From positions 408,150 through 472,149 of the forward strand of contig JBMOPU010000012.1 of the NCBI GenBank assembly GCA_049322955.1: DNA of 64,000 nucleotides, read 5' to 3'. Origin of the DNA: Patescibacteria group bacterium (GTDB taxonomy: Bacteria; Patescibacteriota; Microgenomatia; UBA10105; UBA927). The notes below the pieces were generated by a model. That model searched no databases and was not told the DNA's origin. It worked only from the letters and a program-made list of their open reading frames with translations. Each line of letters starts with the position of its first letter. Position 1 is the first letter of the stretch. Positions 47,897 through 57,598 of the stretch are shown piece after piece. A program made the translations under genes and the position numbers.

Positions 47897-50115
47897 TTGA
47901 GTCGCTCCCGGAAATCCGTGTCATTGGGGTCAATATTGGTGAGATATTCCGTAAGTACGGCGGCCGCTTCTTTGGGTTTTTTCTCTTCGGTGTAAAACAC
48001 CCACAAGGCATAATAGACGTCGCGATAATTGGGTTTCAGCTCCTTGGCTTTCATAAGGGCTTGTATTGCCTCGTCATTTTTCCCCTCCCGACCCAGAAGG
48101 ATCGCGAGATTGTAGTAAATCTTCGGATCGTTGGGGGATAATGCGGTTGCCTGATGCAGGGATTCGATGGCCTTCCCGTTAAATGCGGCTTCAAGTGCGG
48201 AAATGGTATAAAACACCTTTGTACGGGTCTTATAAAAATTGACGTTATTGGGAGACGTCCGCAGTGCCGTATCGCTTTCGGCAACGGCAAGGGTGGCAAG
48301 TTGTGCCGCCTGGGTGGCATTTCTACCTTCAAACGCCGCAACGGCAAGGGTTGCGTAGGTACCTGCTAACTCGTCGTGATACGACGGCTCATTGTAATTG
48401 ACGCGCAACGCGTTGATCAGCGCGGGGACCGCCTGTCCGTAAAGACCCGATCGAACAAGCCGATATCCTTGCGCATATTGCATGTCGGCGTACCAAAATG
48501 TGCCGATACGCACTACGGTGAGAGCGCCCAGGATCCCCACCACATAGGTGCTCCAGTGCGGAAGCGAAAGCGGTCGGGTAAATGTGTTGCGTGGCGTCGG
48601 GTGCACGGCAAGCAGTAGCGCGGGAAAAAGGAAAAAGAACAGCTGGATGACGACCACGGAAAATCCGAAAAAGTTGGTGATAAGAATGGTCAGCCAGCCC
48701 GCAAAGAGTGCAAGGTGTATGGTCGGGAGTTCATTGCTTAGTACGGTCATGTCATGTTTTTTGCCATGAGCCGCAGACCATGAAAGACGTGCATTTTTCA
48801 CAAACCACCCTATGACCATGCCGATAAACAAAAGATAACTCCCGAGGCCGAATAATCCCGTCGTGGCGAGATAATTCAAGTATTCGTTATGCGCCTTGTT
48901 GTAGAGGAAATCCCATTCGGATGTGAGGTTGTGGCCCGCCGGCCGAAACTGGTAAAACGCGAACGCGAATGTCTCCGTACCCGTGCCGATCAGCATGGTT
49001 TTTAGGGTACTTTTCCATGCGTTTATGGCACCCTGCCATACATATTTACGGATCGTACCCGATTCCGTGCCTCCCACCTCAAGCGCGGGACCCGCGAGTT
49101 CTGCGGCGGGAGTGGCGACTTGTGTCGGTTGCTGTTTGGCCGTCATCCCGGCGATCCGATCACGAATGCCCGAAAGACTGACAAATTTATCTACGGCAGG
49201 GGTACCCGTGCCGTTAAAAAACACGATCAGCGCAAAAAGAATATGGAGGATGGCAAACGGTTTGGTAAGGGGATGGCTTTTGAACGCCGCGATACTCCGA
49301 AGTCCGAACGACACAAACAAGGATCCCCAAAACAACATATCTATCACCACAAACCCCAAAAGACCCGAACGACTTCGGGTAAAAAGCAGGACGACAAAAA
49401 ACAACAGAGACAGCATCGACCCGATTACTGTTCCCGGCCAGGCGATTTTTTCACGAAAAAGTGATCGTATGAAGAGTGCCATGGGAAGGGGGATGAGCGC
49501 GATAAGATAGGCCGCCAACCAATTCGGTTGTCCCAAAGTTGAAAATACTCGGTTTTGCACGTCTTGTACCCACAAATGCTTATCGATGCCGAGTCGTTCA
49601 AGCACGCCGTAGAGGGCAACCGCCGCTCCGGTAACGAGTGACAGAGAGAGCAATCGAGGTACGACGACAAACCCCGCTTTGGCAAGGTCCACAGCCACCT
49701 GTTTTGCCCCTTTTGCAGGTGCGGCGGGAGGCGGTGCAAATGCATCGAGATTTGAGAGGAATCCGTAATAGAGCAAAAGGTAGGAAAATACCGACCACAT
49801 ACCCCCGTTAAACCTGCTGTAGTACCCGAGCCAGGAAACATGCGAATCGATGGAAAAAAGCGCACTGACAAGCTGTGAGGCGGCAAAGAGGATAAGGGGG
49901 ATATCAAACGGCGTTTTTGCTATTTTGAGTTCCTTACGAGCTATGGATTTTATGATCCACGAAGTAACGATAATCGATGTGACGATATACACCGCCATCA
50001 TCTTGTTGTACTCGAAGAGTTCGTAATTCCACGGGGTAAGAAGCAGGGGAACAAGGCCGAACAGTACGTAAAAGCCCCCTCGAATCAATCGGTTGCACCA
50101 GGCGATAATTCCCAT
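47893..50115 (-). CDS. O-antigen ligase (Wzy/WaaL)-like polytopic membrane protein with C-terminal TPR repeats
   Basis: About 12 TM helices with a large periplasmic loop, then a tandem TPR-like C-terminus (AxxYYxxA patterns). 740 aa. Confidence 0.55.
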   Translation of the reverse strand: MGIIAWCNRLIRGGFYVLFGLVPLLLTPWNYELFEYNKMMAVYIVTSIIVTSWIIKSIARKELKIAKTPFDIPLILFAASQLVSALFSIDSHVSWLGYYSRFNGGMWSVFSYLLLYYGFLSNLDAFAPPPAAPAKGAKQVAVDLAKAGFVVVPRLLSLSLVTGAAVALYGVLERLGIDKHLWVQDVQNRVFSTLGQPNWLAAYLIALIPLPMALFIRSLFREKIAWPGTVIGSMLSLLFFVVLLFTRSRSGLLGFVVIDMLFWGSLFVSFGLRSIAAFKSHPLTKPFAILHILFALIVFFNGTGTPAVDKFVSLSGIRDRIAGMTAKQQPTQVATPAAELAGPALEVGGTESGTIRKYVWQGAINAWKSTLKTMLIGTGTETFAFAFYQFRPAGHNLTSEWDFLYNKAHNEYLNYLATTGLFGLGSYLLFIGMVIGWFVKNARLSWSAAHGKKHDMTVLSNELPTIHLALFAGWLTILITNFFGFSVVVIQLFFFLFPALLLAVHPTPRNTFTRPLSLPHWSTYVVGILGALTVVRIGTFWYADMQYAQGYRLVRSGLYGQAVPALINALRVNYNEPSYHDELAGTYATLAVAAFEGRNATQAAQLATLAVAESDTALRTSPNNVNFYKTRTKVFYTISALEAAFNGKAIESLHQATALSPNDPKIYYNLAILLGREGKNDEAIQALMKAKELKPNYRDVYYALWVFYTEEKKPKEAAAVLTEYLTNIDPNDTDFRERLK

Positions 50116-50171
50116 ACGGGGTAGTATAACATTTTTGCGCGGATCGGTGGATTCAGGTAAAATCAGCTCCT

Positions 50172-50477
50172 ATGGCAAAAGAGAGAGGCAAGAATAGAAC
50201 CCGACCGTTTGATGAGACTTCTGCCGTGACGACGCGGGTACGGGGGTATGAGGCAATGGTGGATGTCGTCAATTGCACCGCACGACTTCCGAGCGGAGAA
50301 ATCGTAAATTTATCAGGGCGGGAGATGCAAATTGCGGGGCTAATTAACCGATTCGGAGATTCTCCGAGCAGACTAAGCGTTACGATTACCGAGACAACCG
50401 GTGAGCAGGTGAGCGGGAACCTAATCAGCGTAACGCTCAAAAATCTTCTTAAAAAGCTCGGTAGGCAGGATGCATAG
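50172..50477 (+). CDS. hypothetical protein
   Basis: 101 aa ORF, no motif. Confidence 0.3.
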   Translation: MAKERGKNRTRPFDETSAVTTRVRGYEAMVDVVNCTARLPSGEIVNLSGREMQIAGLINRFGDSPSRLSVTITETTGEQVSGNLISVTLKNLLKKLGRQDA

Positions 50478-51440
50478 GCTCTTGAAGCGAACTCCACATG
50501 TGTCCTCTTGAGGCTAATTTCTTGAGGAAGTACGTGTTGTGAGCTATTCCACTTGACCTGAAGAGTAAATTGTTATAGGATACTCATCCTGTCCAAAAGA
50601 TCCTCTGCCGAGGATTGTTCTGTCCATGCAAAGTCAATACACGCCGTTCTTTCACTGTCCTGCCGGCGGATCCGCGCAATCGCGGAAGAAAAAGCCCTTA
50701 AGTGGGTCTTTTTGCGTTGTTTGAAAAGAGGAATTGAGGTTGGTGTTGTGTGCCCGTTGGACAGGCGGGCGCACAACTCTGGCCTCATAAAGACCAGACG
50801 TTTTCTTTTCCCGTCAAAAGCGGGACGGAGAGAATGTGAAATAGTTCGTGCCCTGCTATGGCTTGGCAATCCTCAATTGCGAGGGTGTTGCCGGGTTTGT
50901 CAGGGTGCACCTTAACAAGTGAATGAAGGAAAGAAGAGAAAAGAGTAAAAGGTGAATGGTGTTACAACAGAGAACGAAGATACACCGGGTGATACATTAT
51001 AGGTCACATGGGACACCTTCAAGGACACGGGAACCGAGACACGAACGCTTGCCTACGGAAGGATATCTGTATGCTTACTGGATAATAGGCTAAGGGAACG
51101 ATCGTCGTATCGTTCTTTTTGTCTATTATCCAGGGGGATAAAAAAAGAAAGAAAATTGAATAGTACGTAGATCCGTTAGAGGATCAATACATGATAAGGG
51201 GATGTTCCACATGTAAGGGGGCAATAACCAAAAATCAGAAATTTGAGAGAAAGAATCATGCAAAACAGTGTAGTTTATACATTATGCATCGAAGACAAAA
51301 ACCGTTCATAACCTCTCATTATGAACCGTCCGCCGGCAACGGTGGATGCAAGTCCTTACCCGTTACGGGTTAGGCAACAGATAAATCATCAGGCGCTTTA
51401 TACGGCCTGTTGAAAATCCATTTTAGAGGAGACCATTGCA

Positions 51441-51599
51441 ATGGCCACCAAGAACAAAGCACACAGTCAGACCGATATTCGTAAAATTCTTGAAGAAGAA
51501 GACGACGAAAGGGAGTATGACCGCGTGCCTAAGAAAAAGAAGAAAAAGAAAGAAGAGAAGGAAGAAGAGAAGAAAGAGGAGGAGAAGAAAGAGAACTAG
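51441..51599 (+). CDS. Lys/Glu-rich micro-protein (52 aa)
   Basis: AGAGGAG RBS 9 nt upstream of the ATG. MATKNKAHSQTDIRKILEEEDDEREYDRVPKKKKKKEEKEEEKKEEEKKEN. Sits alone in about 1.5 kb of non-coding DNA. Confidence 0.3.
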   Translation: MATKNKAHSQTDIRKILEEEDDEREYDRVPKKKKKKKEEKEEEKKEEEKKEN

Positions 51600-51964
51600 A
51601 ATCAGCAATGGCTAAATTCAGTCAAGTGCAGGGGGCACTTGACTCTTCGCTCTATTTCCAGATTCAACCGTGACCGGTTGCGTCTGTTACTTCCGGGGCA
51701 CTGACCGTGTACCCACACCATGCGGAAATTCGTCCGTATGGGCACCAAACAGAAAGGAGTGCAGATATAGCAGGTATCTGAAGCGATCTTGTTATACGCA
51801 CGACAACGGAGGGAAGATCAATTTCCTGAGTATGTCATTATCACTCTGAAACTTAGCTTCGGGCTAGGTCACAGAATCGTCAGGGTGATGTCATCATTGA
51901 CAGAAATAGGAAGCGGATCAACCTAATTCAACAGATTGATTTGTAAAGAAACGGAAGGTGTATC

Positions 51965-52339
51965 ATGTCAGACGATAAAAAACCCGTCACTCCCGCTCCG
52001 ACAGGCGGCACGATGCAGACCATCATGAGCGGACTCAGTTCGTTTCTCGGCGGTCTCGGACATCAGCCGGTCAAGAAAGCGGTCATCAAAGACCCGATTA
52101 TGTCCGTGGTTAAGACGTTTCTCGGCGGCATGGCGATGAGCAAAGCCGACACGACCATCGAAGTCGAGATGAACACGGATGCTCAAAACTTCACCGCCGA
52201 AGGTGACAAACTCGCCGCTCAACTGGAAGCAGAAGCGCTGGGTGAAGCCAGTAAAATTGAAGCCACCGGGAAAGCCGATGCGTACCGCATATTGGCGGAA
52301 CACGGACATGCGGCTGAAGAAGAGCACAAGAAACAGTAA
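51965..52339 (+). CDS. hypothetical protein, first gene of SPFH-containing operon
   Basis: 124 aa. C-terminal AQLEAEALGEASKIEATGKADAYRILAEHG resembles flotillin/SPFH C-terminal EA-repeat helices. Confidence 0.4.
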   Translation: MSDDKKPVTPAPTGGTMQTIMSGLSSFLGGLGHQPVKKAVIKDPIMSVVKTFLGGMAMSKADTTIEVEMNTDAQNFTAEGDKLAAQLEAEALGEASKIEATGKADAYRILAEHGHAAEEEHKKQ

Positions 52340-52350
52340 GGAGACTCATC

Positions 52351-53118
52351 ATGACCGCATCCGCATCGAGACAACAAGCGGTCGGAAGTTTCGGCTTCTG
52401 GCTTGCAGTTCCTGCGGCGGTAAGCTTTTTCATCGGATGGTTGTTGCACGAGTTTGTGTCCGAAAAATTGAGCATCGTGGGAATGGCGGCGCTTGTCTAT
52501 GCCGTTTTCACGCTCGTCGTCATGAGCCGGAACCAAAGCAAGGTCGTTCGGGGAGCATTGCTCCTTGTCAACCTTGCCGTATTTCTGGCGTTCGGATACT
52601 TTCAGGGTGTTGCGTTGTTGCCGTTGACCTGGCCATCGTGGACGCGATGGATTGGCCTAGTCATTGCGGCATTGCTGTGGTTAAGTGTCGTGATTTCGAT
52701 GATGTACCGTCTGGGCAGACAAGCTCAGTCAAACCATAATCGCGATGAAACACCGCATAGCACAACGCATGCAACCGACGGAGGCGACCCCGCCTTATCA
52801 GCACAGGTCACGGAGCGATTGATTGCCGCCCTCAAGCTCACCAGCTCCAAGGGCGACGTGACCGTCAATACCGGCGAGATTATTCAAGAGCTCGCCGAGT
52901 GGTCGAAGCGAACGGGCGTTGAAGCGGCCGCAAAGATGTCTGAAAGCATCATGCGCGCTGTGGAGATGAAACTCTACGGTCCCGAAGACCTCCCGTTCGT
53001 AAAGAAAGTTCTGCGCAAGCTCCAAGGCGTGCCAGACGTTCCCGAAGCGCATCGCGAAGATAACGAGGAAGACTGGCTTGATGAAGATGAGCCTATTCGC
53101 GGGCGCTCGGTATTTTAG
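52351..53118 (+). CDS. 4-TM membrane protein with cytoplasmic helical C-terminal domain
   Basis: Four hydrophobic helices then an acidic C-terminus. 12 nt after the upstream stop. Confidence 0.45.
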   Translation: MTASASRQQAVGSFGFWLAVPAAVSFFIGWLLHEFVSEKLSIVGMAALVYAVFTLVVMSRNQSKVVRGALLLVNLAVFLAFGYFQGVALLPLTWPSWTRWIGLVIAALLWLSVVISMMYRLGRQAQSNHNRDETPHSTTHATDGGDPALSAQVTERLIAALKLTSSKGDVTVNTGEIIQELAEWSKRTGVEAAAKMSESIMRAVEMKLYGPEDLPFVKKVLRKLQGVPDVPEAHREDNEEDWLDEDEPIRGRSVF

Positions 53119-53132
53119 GCAAGGAGGATGCC

Positions 53133-54014
53133 ATGTCCGTTGATACGAGGCGAACCGTGACACTCATTACCACCATTCTATGGTTTGTGATGAGCGTTGT
53201 GTACACGGTGACGCTTTATTTCGTTGCAGGACCGAAGCCCGAATATGACAACAGGGGGTCATTCTGGTTCATGTTGATTGTCGGGCTGTTCATCGTCTAC
53301 GCGCTCATGTTTCCCCGAAACTGGGCATACGTACCAAACAAGTATCGGGGCGTTGTGTTCCGGTTAGGGCAGGCGGTTCAGACACTGCATGGTGAAGGGG
53401 TGATCCATGTATTCTGGCCCATCGAATCTGTCCGGCGGGTTGCAACGTTTGACCTCAAGCGCACTCGGGTGTTTGTCATTCCTGTCGCAGGGGATACACC
53501 ACAGGACATTCGGGTGAAGGTCTTGCGTATCATTCGGTTCTCTAACCCGATTTTGACTCTGCAATCCGTGCCGGACAAGGATCCCGAGATTGAAGCCGAT
53601 GACATCATCGAAGCGCACGTGCGACAGGCATTCCAAAACCACACGTTAAATGACGTCATTCAGCCCGGAGCGACCGCGAACATTGACGCATCCATTGCCG
53701 CAACAATCTCCGGGGATGAAACACTCGCCGCGTGGGGGGTAACCGTGCTTCGCGTCAAATTACTTGACATCAAGTACCCCAAACCGGTGACGGACGCTGC
53801 CTCAGATATTCTGCGTGCCCGTGGACATGCGGCGGCTGAGGAAATCGAAGCGCAGGGTCGTCGTGAGGCGATTAACAAAATCGGCGAAACCATGTACACC
53901 AAGCTGGAGTGGTTCCAAGCGCTCAAGGAAAGCAAGATCACAACCCTCATCGGCGGTGGTCTGAAAGATTTATTCTTTGACGTGCAGGAATTTCTCGGCG
54001 GAAAGGGTAAGTGA
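53133..54014 (+). CDS. SPFH/band-7 (stomatin/prohibitin/flotillin/HflKC) domain protein
   Basis: N-terminal TM hairpin. YRGVVFRLGQ...HGEGVIHVFWPIESVRRV...TPQDIRVKV...WGVTVLRVKLLDIKYP...AEEIEAQGRREA is the canonical SPFH core. Confidence 0.65.
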   Translation: MSVDTRRTVTLITTILWFVMSVVYTVTLYFVAGPKPEYDNRGSFWFMLIVGLFIVYALMFPRNWAYVPNKYRGVVFRLGQAVQTLHGEGVIHVFWPIESVRRVATFDLKRTRVFVIPVAGDTPQDIRVKVLRIIRFSNPILTLQSVPDKDPEIEADDIIEAHVRQAFQNHTLNDVIQPGATANIDASIAATISGDETLAAWGVTVLRVKLLDIKYPKPVTDAASDILRARGHAAAEEIEAQGRREAINKIGETMYTKLEWFQALKESKITTLIGGGLKDLFFDVQEFLGGKGK

Positions 54015-54562
54015 ACGAAATGAATCTTCACGATTTGACCGACCCCGTCTTTCTGCTCGGGTATCTCGCGCAGATGGGGAAAGAGTTTCTGAAGTATCTG
54101 CTCAAGCTCTGGGCGCTTTTGGTTTTTGTTCTGGCGCTCGTGCTTTCCGCCCTGCCGGGTTTCGGCCCGTCGCTCTGGGTGGTGTCGGCTTCTCCGCAAG
54201 CTGACCGTCTCGTTCAAATCCTCACGATACTCTACACCGCGTGGACGTTCATCTACACGGGGTTCCTACAGCGTGAGGCGAATTACTCGGTGCCGACCAA
54301 AAATGAGAGCGTGCTTGTCGTGGACACAAACAAGAACGTGTTGTCCTACGCGGCAGGCGGCATTGTCTGGCTGACGTTCATTAGCATCCAGGCATTCATC
54401 GGACAACCGGCAACGGCATTCATGGCTATCTGTGCATTTGTTCAGCTGATGCCAATCTTTTTGGGCGACAGCTTTCGTGAACAGGCAGAAAACCTGATGC
54501 CGTTGTTGGGGAACGTTACGCTACTCGTCCTCGCCCTGTATGTGGTGGGCATCGGACCCTAG
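54011..54562 (+). CDS. membrane protein (4-5 TM)
   Basis: Overlaps the SPFH stop by 4 nt (translational coupling). Confidence 0.45.
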   Translation: MNEMNLHDLTDPVFLLGYLAQMGKEFLKYLLKLWALLVFVLALVLSALPGFGPSLWVVSASPQADRLVQILTILYTAWTFIYTGFLQREANYSVPTKNESVLVVDTNKNVLSYAAGGIVWLTFISIQAFIGQPATAFMAICAFVQLMPIFLGDSFREQAENLMPLLGNVTLLVLALYVVGIGP

Positions 54563-54576
54563 AAAAGGAGCGTGAG

Positions 54577-55419
54577 ATGGTGAAACGTCTCATCAGATTA
54601 CTTCTCATCCTCGTAGCGGGGATGATAGTTGCAAGCTGTGGAACAACGCCAACGCCCGTAAGCGACGTGGAAGTGCAGATGACGGCAATGGCGGCTCAGG
54701 TGCAGGCATGTGCAACACTACAAAGCCTGGGAACGCCGTATCCGTGCAATCCGCCGACGTCAACACCGACGCCTATCCCGCCGACTCCAACCCCGACGGC
54801 AACACCGTTCACGGGATGGATGCAATATCCGGAGTCCGGCGGGGCAACACCGATGCCACCCGGGTATGAACCCAACTGCGGCGGCGCGGTCGGCTGTCCC
54901 GGAAATTCCTACACCTACTTCGTTAACGGTGTGCCGCAGAACGGTACTCCGGGCGCGACGACGGGAACACCCGGGTATTGGCCGTATGTGCTTGTCGGGG
55001 TGCCGTTAGGAATCGGTATCTTGGCGCTATTGTTCTTCTCAGCTTACGGCATGGCGGCACCGCAACGTGCAATTGCCAAAGCGACGCTGATGATGGCCGC
55101 GGCGTATGCCAAAACCATGGAACAGGTGCAGACTGCCCCGGCATTGGGCTCCGGTGCTCCCGATGCGGGTAACATGGGCATACCCATTGAGTTTCTCGGG
55201 AAATGTCTCATGTCTTTCTCAAGGGAGCATGAAGTACCCGCGGATTTCAAACAGCACGTCGTATCCCAGCTTCGCACGTACCGTCGTGGGGACCTTGTCC
55301 CGTTGGTGACGATTCAACAACTGCTTCTCGGGTACGATCGAGAGCATAAGACAGAGCTCGCGCGTCCGTTCGGAGAATACATATCCGTGCATGCGCACGA
55401 GCTTGCAGGAGGCATGTAG
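54577..55419 (+). CDS. lipoprotein with Pro/Thr-rich linker and internal TM
   Basis: Signal peptide plus lipobox-like MIVASCG. PTPTP linker. Gly/Pro-rich region. One TM helix. Confidence 0.45.
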   Translation: MVKRLIRLLLILVAGMIVASCGTTPTPVSDVEVQMTAMAAQVQACATLQSLGTPYPCNPPTSTPTPIPPTPTPTATPFTGWMQYPESGGATPMPPGYEPNCGGAVGCPGNSYTYFVNGVPQNGTPGATTGTPGYWPYVLVGVPLGIGILALLFFSAYGMAAPQRAIAKATLMMAAAYAKTMEQVQTAPALGSGAPDAGNMGIPIEFLGKCLMSFSREHEVPADFKQHVVSQLRTYRRGDLVPLVTIQQLLLGYDREHKTELARPFGEYISVHAHELAGGM

Positions 55420-55420
55420 C

Positions 55421-56086
55421 ATGGGTAAATATATCGCACTTCTGGGGGTCATCGCGCTCATCTTTTTCGCTGGTTCCGCCGCGGCACGTACTGCCAAGGT
55501 AGATTTGTCGGCAGGACCGAATGCGGAAGGGAACAGAGCGGTGCTTGAGGCGCAAGCGGAATACCAGAATGCGCAGACCGACGCCGAGCGGCAAATGGCA
55601 GAGTTCAAGCTGAATGAAGCCAAGGAACAGGCAGAAGGCAAGCGACAAGCGGCTATCGCCCGGGCAAACATGTGGCAGAAAGCACTGATGTTCGGCGGGT
55701 CGTTCTTCCTTGTATGGACGCTCTTGTTCGGCGCGATAAACATCATGGCGGCGTTCGGTATCTGGAACTATCGGGTGCTTACCAAAGCGAACCCGGTGCG
55801 GAACGGACAGCATGTCATGTGGAATATGCCGGTGTTCCCGTTCATGCTTATCCATACGGACGACTATGCGCCATCGTATACCGGTATGATCATGCCTGGC
55901 AAACGCGCAGAAATCAACGCGCATCCGCAGATCGCTGTCTTTTCGCTCGCCCGCATGTTGGGAGCTGATACAAAAGGTCAAGAGCGACTGGGCACTCTCG
56001 TTATGATAACGAAGCAACTAGGCCACCTGTTAAACGGTGACCCAATCCAGCGTACCGAGATAATGCCTTATGACGATAAGCGATAA
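55421..56086 (+). CDS. membrane protein
   Basis: Start MGKYIALLG. N-terminal TM, coiled region rich in A/E/Q, second TM pair. Confidence 0.45.
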   Translation: MGKYIALLGVIALIFFAGSAAARTAKVDLSAGPNAEGNRAVLEAQAEYQNAQTDAERQMAEFKLNEAKEQAEGKRQAAIARANMWQKALMFGGSFFLVWTLLFGAINIMAAFGIWNYRVLTKANPVRNGQHVMWNMPVFPFMLIHTDDYAPSYTGMIMPGKRAEINAHPQIAVFSLARMLGADTKGQERLGTLVMITKQLGHLLNGDPIQRTEIMPYDDKR

Positions 56087-56617
56087 GAGAGGTGCACCAT
56101 GTACCCTCTCTCTGCGTGCAGTCTGTGGCGCAATGTCGGTAATCCTTCATTCACTAAAACCAAATACCGCGCTACGGCGGCCGTCCTTCACCAAGGAAAC
56201 GGCCGCCGACGCGGAAGTTCTCGCCGAATAGCCGGCACCATACCTTCGACCCGCGAAAGTGGGAAGAGAAGATTGGTGCCGGCAGGCGGGGATTGCAGGG
56301 AAAGAGAGTTGTGGCTTCCGCCACTTTATCAGCTCACGCTGAACTCTCTTTCCCATTCCTTCCAGTTTTTGAGTATTCAAAAATTGAAATGAATGTTGTA
56401 AATATAAATATTTCATAAGGTCATGCCGTATCGGATCAATTGTTTTTTATAAATCCGAAATATGTCTTTTTACTGATCTTTTCTATGATGAAAGTGATGG
56501 TTGCCGATTTATCTGTAGGAATATGAAAGAGATACGTATCAAATGCCGTACACCGGATCGATTATCTGAAACAAAAGCTTGTATATCCATTGCACGAATA
56601 TACTCCAATAACACTCC

Positions 56618-56917
56618 ATGAAAGAACTGCTAACGACAATTTGTCGGACTATTGTTGTGCATGGTATCTCCCGCTACGGTGTGCTGGGAGAACGTGAGAT
56701 AGTTACCATAACCGCGTTGCCGAGGAGGGGTGTCTATTCGTCCCTGATAGGGAGATCTGACATTCGTACGGAGCCGACTCCCGATATTACCCAGGGGTTG
56801 TTTGTTGTGGAGTCAAAGAAGAGGGGCAGATATACTCTGCAAAATGAAACGACGGGAGTGGTACTTTCCAACGTGCCAAGAAGAAGCATACGTAAAATTC
56901 TCGAGTGGGAAGAATGA
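56618..56917 (+). CDS. hypothetical protein
   Basis: 99 aa ORF after a 500 bp AT-rich gap. Confidence 0.3.
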   Translation: MKELLTTICRTIVVHGISRYGVLGEREIVTITALPRRGVYSSLIGRSDIRTEPTPDITQGLFVVESKKRGRYTLQNETTGVVLSNVPRRSIRKILEWEE

Positions 56918-56998
56918 TCTTTGTACACCCCTCTCATACTTTGCACAAGTGAAAGAATCGGTTGATGTGTATACCGAAAAAAATTAGTATGTGCTTAT

Positions 56999-57214
56999 AT
57001 GAGTTTTCCCGAAGTACATTGGCGGGATAGGTTAAAAGTTATTGATTTTGAAGTGATACGCGCGCAAATCGCAAGGAAACTTGGAATCAAATGCCATGAG
57101 GTATCTGAAGTTGATGTGCGCCTTCAGATGGAAGAAATTTATGCACGGGATCACGAAGACGCAAAACGCGCACATCCTGAAGATTTTCGACCGCAACGAA
57201 CAGCAACACAATAG
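56999..57214 (+). CDS. hypothetical small protein
   Basis: 71 aa ORF. Confidence 0.25.
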   Translation: MSFPEVHWRDRLKVIDFEVIRAQIARKLGIKCHEVSEVDVRLQMEEIYARDHEDAKRAHPEDFRPQRTATQ

Positions 57215-57598
57215 ACCCCTATCCAATCATTTTTTAGATTGTGAGTGTTTTCCGGCATTTTGCCTTTTTGAAGGAAAAAACCTATAATTCTAAGCTCCAA
57301 GACAGGGGAAACCGACATGTTTTGCTGTCGCAATTTCCCCGTTCTGGAAGCTCTTTAACCACGCCATATCTTACCGTTCGCCTACGCCCGCTCAGCGGGG
57401 ACATGGCTTATGGTGCGATTATCGGCGGGTTACGGTGCAAAATAGCACCTTAACATCTCTCGGGATACACCTTTCTTTGTTCGGATAGCCGAAAATTTCC
57501 CCGTATCCCTGGGCATATCGTGCCCGGAGCTACGGGGAAATGAATTGAAGAAATTATCCAAACTCAGACTCACTCAGAAAGAAAGGTAATAGGTAAAA

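Noticed and set aside
51423-51608. 61 aa minus-strand poly-Leu/Phe ORF
   Set aside because: It is antisense to the GA-rich K/E micro-ORF and is a low-complexity artefact.
52000-56100. Claim that the SPFH cassette has deviant GC content
   Set aside because: Spot counts of GC in 60-nt samples (43-63 percent) overlap the range seen elsewhere in the window. No compositional island can be asserted without a computed profile.
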